Positions 57,601 to 64,000 of a stretch of DNA of 64,000 bases are shown piece after piece. Location: the NCBI GenBank assembly GCA_051294375.1, contig CM119264.1, positions 14,906,682 through 14,970,681 of the forward strand. The letters run 5' to 3'. Made by a program: the position numbers and the translations under genes. Below the pieces are notes generated by a model, which saw only the letters and a list, made by a program, of their open reading frames with translations, searched no databases and was not told where the DNA came from. The DNA comes from Paraspadella gotoi (lineage: Eukaryota; Animalia; Chaetognatha). The stretch's first letter is position 1. The number at the start of each line of letters is the position of its first letter.

Positions 57601-59091
57601 TTCGAACTCAAACCCAGGATAACGCGACGGAGCAAAGTTTCAGTATCTTTCTATCAATGAGGGTCATTCCAGAAGTTTAGCAACATTTCATGCTTTTTCT
57701 CTTAATATAGCACCAAAGAATGTTTATTTCGAACTGTTTTCGCCATTTTTATCCACAGACATTCAAAAATTAGTGAATTAGAAATTAAAATCAGTAAAGA
57801 AAAAAACACAACCTTGGAAATATTTTTTAATGAAATCATCTGTTTAACCGAATGTAAAATAGATGTGTAATTCCTCGACCTCGTAAGGATTTGACAAAGA
57901 CCCAGTGACACCATCGGTTCATTCTTGTCATTAATCCGTTCTCGATTCATGGCTTCGTCTTTAAACTTCACATCTCGAAACAAAAGAGTCTCTTCGCCCA
58001 CTACGAGAAAAAAAAACCTCTGCTTTCAAATCCCATTAATTTTCATTATTTCTCCCGACTCTTGGGAGGGATGAGGAGGAAGTGGGGGAAGAGGAGCAGG
58101 AGGAGATAGAGGAGGAAAGAAAAAAGAAAGAGGAGGAAAGAAAAAAGAAAGAGGAGAACTCTCTGGTCTCGACTCTTGACTCCCGCCAGGAGTCCTGGGA
58201 GGGAATTTCTCGGGGAGAAGGCGACGAAGCTCTCCGGGACGACGACGACGACGAAGACATTAACGACGATGACGATGAACGAATGACGACGATGATGACG
58301 ACGATGTCGAACTAAAGAGACCTTTGCCTTCGAAGTGTCGAGAGTCTCTTTGGGGGATTTTCTAGCCTCTTATTCATTAACATTTCCGACAAAGACTTTC
58401 TCGCTCTCGCTTTTTTAAATCAAGATTGTTTTATTTATTTATTCTTTTTTGCGTCGAGGCTGACGATGACGACGACGACGCTGACGACGACGAAATTCAT
58501 TTGATAAGGAAGATAATGGACATAACGAGAGCTAATCCTAAGAGATTGTCAAGATCCAGTACAAGTATTAAGTCATGCCGAAAAATAAAAAAAATAAATT
58601 AGCCCTAGACGTATTGTTCAATGATATTAATAAATATAATGACCGACTGACTTATTTTTTCTGAATTCGTTAATTCATTCATTTAAATATATATTCATAT
58701 ATTTTTATACTAATTAAATGAAATATTAAATTAATTCAAGTTATATTTTTTGTTAATTTCTCTATTGTTATTCAAAGTTTTTTTTCCCAAAAAATCTCTT
58801 ATTGCTGTCAGTTTTTTTTTTTTTATTTATTTATTTTTATCGGTTTCTTAAATACCGAACAGTCGAACAGTCCAATTGTTTTAATGTTTTTGTTTTTCAC
58901 TAACGCTGAGAGTTATATCAGTGCCTCGTCGAGTCTATCAGTATCACCGATGTCGTTTCCATGCAACAAAAGTTGTGATCTCAATTTACTCAAACGCAGA
59001 CTTCGCTGCGCGTTTGTTTCTCGTACGCCAGATGGCGGGGCGAATATAATGACGATTACCAACTTTTTTGCCGTCTTTCTCTGTCTCACTG

Positions 59092-59127
<36 letters not shown>

Positions 59128-59130
59128 TCT
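46790..59130. repeat. Indel-rich direct and inverted segmental duplication, probably an assembly artefact
   Basis: 46790-48720 ~ 52330-54156. 54182-55663 is the reverse complement of ~52757-54156 across an N gap. 48800-52300 ~ 55900-59130. Copies differ mainly by 1-2 nt indels. Confidence 0.85.
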
Positions 59131-59199
59131 CTCACTCTCTCTCTCTCTCTTTCTGTCGCCTTCGTGAATAAAAAAAAATAGATTCGAAAGCTTAATGAG

Positions 59200-59535
59200 T
59201 TTCTACATTTTCTTTCAGACGAATTCCAAAGTAGGGGAATCAAGACTAAACGGTTCGAGGAAGGAACTGGTTGAAAAGAGGCGGATCGGAGGAGGTAGAC
59301 TCCGGGGCGACCCATGACGAATGGGACTTTTGGAGGAAGGATGGATGAGGATTGAGGATTGAGGACTGGTTGGATTGGAGTGTCCTCTGAACGGGGTCTA
59401 GTGGACTGGACTGCGATCAGATTGAACGTTTTGTTAGGTCGGTTGGAAGTAGTTGGATTAAATTGGAGCGTGGTTGGTTGGACGGAGGTTGGCGGTTTTA
59501 CGAGACGAGAAGCAGACGGCCTCGTTTTCTGCGTC
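59200..59535 (-). CDS. Possible S/P/T-rich exon of an unidentified minus-strand gene
   Basis: Open frame TQKTRPSASRLVKPPTSVQPTT..VMGRPGVYLLRSASFQP follows a TTTTCACAG acceptor and has exon-like GC content. No recognisable domain. Confidence 0.3.
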
Positions 59536-62500
59536 TGTGAAAAGTTGTGAAACGCATAAATGCCATAAAACATTTGCATAAGCAAAAACCGGGAAATCGT
59601 TGAAAGACGAGGCTTTCATTTTTGATCGAGGGTCCGTTCGGACTTTTGGTGGACGGACTTTCTATTTTCAAATTAAATTCTAGCGTATTACCATATTACC
59701 CGATGGCATAGATGTAAACTGTGCAATGATTTGTTTGCGATTGTGAATAATTATTACGAAAAAAAATATAAACGAAATGAGAAAACAAAACCTATATTTA
59801 AACTAATTGTTTCATTGTCAAACAAACCGAGAAAGAAAAAACTATGATTCAAGTTCTGGAAATAAACGTCGGACGAGATTATTGATCGGTCGTCTCGTTA
59901 CGAGAAATAGAAAACCCGAAAGTGTGGAAATAAACGTGGAAAAAAAATCAGGCGAGGATAAAAAGTATAGGCGAAAGAGAAAAATGGCAACAAAAAGGGG
60001 AAAAAAAACTGCGAGAGAAAAAGTGAAGGACAAATGCGGAAGTATGGAAGAAACGCTCAGAAATACAGAGAGATGCAAAGCAGGCGACAAAAAGCAACGA
60101 TAACGAAGACAAGAAGCAACGACCGCGCTGAGAAATTGCGAGTGCAAGAAACTGAAAGTCGTTCGGCGATCGCGATAATGTATTGCAATGCTTGTTAAGC
60201 TTGTTAAGCATGACGCGTTGCGCATTGCGCAATCGTCAGCGAATGAGAGGATAAATAAACCAGCGCTGTATCTCATGGTCGTGCGTATTTGCGTGAGAAG
60301 AAAGCCCCAAAGTATATGCAACGGGCAGAAGGACCTACAAATGGAAATGGGAGGAATGGTCTCCGGAATTCATTTCCGCTTTGCTCTTGCATCTTATCCT
60401 GGAATAGTTTTGTCATTAATAATAACTTTTCTATTTTGTAATTATAGCTTTGCAATTATGACTTATTTTTCTTGTTTTGTTCTTCTCTCATTAAGTTATT
60501 TTTTGTCGTTTAATCTAGCAACGGTTTGTCATGGGGTCGTTTTTTCATTGCATCGTATTTTCGTCTCGTCGTTGAATCGCATCGTCGTCCAATCTTCCCC
60601 ACCAGGTGCGCTCTTTTGCCCGCCCACCCGGGGTCCACTCAATCGTGGCCCACTCGTGGTCCACTTTCCGCTTTCGTCCATAATGACTCCGCGAAGGTGC
60701 AGCGCTGGTAATTCACTGTTTACGACGTCACGAAAACTTCGTCTCCTTGGTCGATTGAGATCTCTCCTACCGAGTCTTATCTCCCGTATTTCTTTGTTTC
60801 GGAGATCTTAGTCATCTTTATCAGTTCGTGTGTCTGCGCAAGAAAAGGTCAGTTTGGTTTGAAAAAAAAAAGAGCTCGAGAGAGCGCTCGAGAAACCGTC
60901 GATCACCGTCGACCGTCGATCACCGCCACAATCATTTTATCACTTTTCTCACAGTTTCAATCAGTGACTCACACTTTCCCGTCTCGCGTCACCGACTCCT
61001 TCCACTTCCTCGCTCCCTTTTTCATTTTCCGCCTTTTTTTTTTCATCTTTTTTTTTCCTATTTCTTGTTTTGGGTTGTTTTGCCATAAACTCTGATGACT
61101 TTTTTGGGCCACAATCGATCGCGGAGGTTAATGTTCGAGTCGGATATATAGGCAAGGATATCTCGGGGGGTGGAAGACATAGGAATAGTGAGAAAGTGCG
61201 AGAATGTGGGAGAGAGAGTGAAAGCGATATTCACTTTTTCCATTTCAATTTTTTTGTTTGAAATTTGTTTGTTTACGTTTAATTTTTAAGTCCATATATA
61301 CATTTAGCCATCGTCGAAAACTCAAATGCTATGCAGCTAACGAGGTTTAAAAGAAACCCCATTAGGAGAGACAATGTTTGCATAATAGTTTGTTGTGGGA
61401 AAAAAGCGGAATTGTTAAGGTTAGAGCGTTCCTGATCTGTCCTATATATTGTTCTGAAATCTTTTTCGTAATTTTAAGAGAGAGTGATCCCAAAATTATA
61501 CATTTTAAAAACTAGAAATGTCGATAACACCGGTTAGGTTGGGAAAGGACATTGAACTTGAACAATATATAATTGTGGTTTTCAGTATTTTTTTTTTCTG
61601 CCGTCTTTCCTCGAGAAGATTCCCTGCTAACCGCATTCACCACAAAAAGATCAGGAGTGCATCATTTTTCGCGACTCAAAAAAAAAAAAAAAGGTTTCAC
61701 GAATACGGTGATCCGTGAACCGTGAGCCGTCGTCTTTGAGCCCTTCCCTCTTCTTGAATCACAAAAGCGACGTGCGACACTTAAGCCCCGCGACGATTTT
61801 CGTCTTCCTTTAAAAGCCCCCCCCCTCCCCGATTAAGCGCCCCACTTCCCTTTAAGCGCCGCTTCTTTCTTCTTTCATATTCAGATTGAATTTCGGGGTT
61901 CGAGTTGATGACAGCCACAAAAATAAGTCATCCTTGTGGCGACCTAGAAGATGAAGACGAAGGCAGCGAGGTAATAAACTCCGTCGCAGGTGATATTAAC
62001 TTAGCTCGGATTAAGATTAAGCTTTTATCACTGATAAAGGATTTTATGAGATTACGTCGGCAACATCTTAGTCGAGACGACATAAGCAACACGTGAATTT
62101 GTTCCTCGGCGAGCGCGAGATTTGTAATAAGCAAACCGACTCTCTCATCGAATTAAATCGAAAAACGATCTAGTTCACGGAAAAGAGTTTCCCTTTTAAA
62201 TCGACTATCCTTCCCGCAGATTTCCTCACTGAGATGTAAGGCGCGAAGCAGACAAAGAATCGGGATCGAAATTGCATCGACGCACAAAGCTCATCATTGC
62301 ATGTAATCCGGAATAAATTGCTTCGGTTCGACGCTATTGACGAGCGGACCCGGTCCGAGCGGCTCGACCTCACTTTAGCCTCGATCCTCCTGAGGTTTCT
62401 CCGCTCCTCCGCTTCTCCGCTCCTTCGCTTCAAGGACGCCTCGCTCCAACGCTCAGTCACCTTGAATTTATACGAGAATCTTTTCATCGTGTTTCTACCC

Positions 62501-62570
62501 CTTTATTTTTGCCTTCTTTTTTTTTTAATTCAACTCTTCCTTCAGACCTGGGGAAACGAGATTTTTTGTT

Positions 62571-62637
<67 letters not shown>

Positions 62638-63114
62638 ATCTTGGCTACCTCATCTTTTCTGGGAAACCTGCCATAAAAACCTAAACGGGTGATTCCAAAG
62701 GCCCCAAATGATCAAGATGAAAGAAGAGCGAGTCAACTTTTTTTCTTCTCTCTTCCTTCTCCCTTCTGCTTTCTACACAATTCCCCATGTTGTGTGTGTC
62801 TCTCTCTTTGTATTCCCCCCATTTTTTGTTCTTGTTTTAATCTTTTCACCAAGCGATGGAGAAAATTAAAAAATAATTAATTAATTCGTATCCACCTTCA
62901 TAAAATAATTACCGAATTAAAAAATGTCGAAGAGGCAAGCGAACATTCGGCGAGGTAAAAAAAGAACCACAGAAAAATGTGTACATAAACTACATATACG
63001 GTTATGAGAACAACATCAATCAGTAAGTTTGTAAAAAATAATAATTATTGAGGATTTTGCCGTACGCCGTGAGCGAGCTAGTGTATTCTGACTTGCTTTT
63101 CATTTATATCAGCT

Positions 63115-63316
63115 CGAACCGTTCAATATAAGCATACCCTGAGCTTCGGATCAGGCTGTAACACTATGTTACAGGCGAGTTAAGAGCCCCGTTCCTCTTT
63201 AACTGCTAGGCGACCACAGGGCTAGAACCCCGGAGCTTCGGGATGGGAGGCGAATGACTTGCCTCCGGCACCAATTGGGCACAGATGAACGGATGGTAGA
63301 TTTTAGTCCACCATAC
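63115..63316 (-). mobile_element. tRNA-derived SINE, copy 3
   Basis: Minus strand ATTGGTGCCGGAGGCAAGTCATTCGCCTCCCATCCCGAAGCTCCGGGGTTCTAGCCC; aligns with the copies at 38.7 and 39.1 kb. Confidence 0.75.
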
Positions 63317-63441
63317 TTTAAACTTTATCATAAAATTATAAAAATAACATTTTAAAAAGAATACCGACTGTCACGAATCATTAGTAAGTTATCCTCATAG
63401 TTTTAGGTAAAGCATGTCTCTTTTATACCTTTGGGTAAAGA

Positions 63442-63516
63442 ACTGAGGACTGAGGACTGAGGACTGAGGACTGAGGACTGAGGACTGAGGACTGAGGACT
63501 GAGGACTGAGGACTGA
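63442..63516. repeat. Perfect 7-mer tandem repeat (ACTGAGG)n, ~10.5 units
   Basis: Direct inspection. Confidence 0.95.
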
Positions 63517-64000
63517 CCAAGCAGAGCGACGTTAAAAATACTTGATCAAGCAGATACTTCGTAAGCGGCAAAATACGAATTTAATAATAAAAAGGGCATT
63601 AAAAAACTGAGTCTATCTCGTAAGAAATAAAAATTTAACAATAATCATTTGCTGGCTTAGATTTCTATACAGATATTATTCATTATTAAATTCAGTTTCT
63701 TCATTAAGATATTAAACGTTTTCTTTGTACTTTAATATATAGCATATTAATTCGATGTTGGCTAATAAAGTGCCCTCTAACGAAAAAACAAGTAGACCGT
63801 TCGAAAGGAAACACGGAAAATACCCTGGCCCAAGCCAAGCCACAGCCACGCCATTTCGTACCATTTCTTGGTGGATACGTCGGGGCGGGCTAGGCCGGGC
63901 CGGATTGTGTCGTCTGAATTAAAATGCAAACTGCTAACTTGTTTTATTCGAACTCCGACCGCTTGGAATTCGCTTGGCGAAGACAAGTGGAGAAAACAAT

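Noticed and set aside
60188-60811. 207-aa plus-strand ORF and neighbouring ORFs at 59.8-62.7 kb
   Set aside because: No recognisable domain and no consistent exon chain could be built by eye; may be UTR or regulatory sequence of an unidentified gene.

Overview
Eukaryotic genomic DNA, most likely from an invertebrate animal: GT-AG introns, GC-richer exons, AT-rich and (CT)n-rich intergenic DNA, and several N-gaps. The first 8.2 kb hold three co-oriented, tightly packed minus-strand genes of the Hsp70/Hsp90 chaperone relay (HSP110 -> STIP1/HOP -> AHSA1/Aha1). They lie downstream of an unusually long, 10-bp-phased heat-shock-element array, and unpaired splice acceptors precede the two downstream genes, so this is a candidate heat-shock operon. 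Further along are a divergent kinesin-1 heavy chain (+), a short EFCAB5-like gene (-) head-to-head with a CCDC42/CFAP73-family gene (+) across an RFX X-box, an alpha-arrestin nested antisense in the first intron of the CCDC42-like gene, and a single-pass membrane protein whose TM segment aligns without gaps to KCNE4. Repeats include Penelope-type minimal hammerhead ribozymes (two inverted pairs plus single copies), a tRNA-derived SINE, MITEs, a foldback-like element, and mini- and microsatellites. The region from about 46.8 to 59.1 kb is an indel-rich direct and inverted duplication that is probably an assembly artefact. All gene models and family calls were made by eye from remembered motifs; no searches were run.
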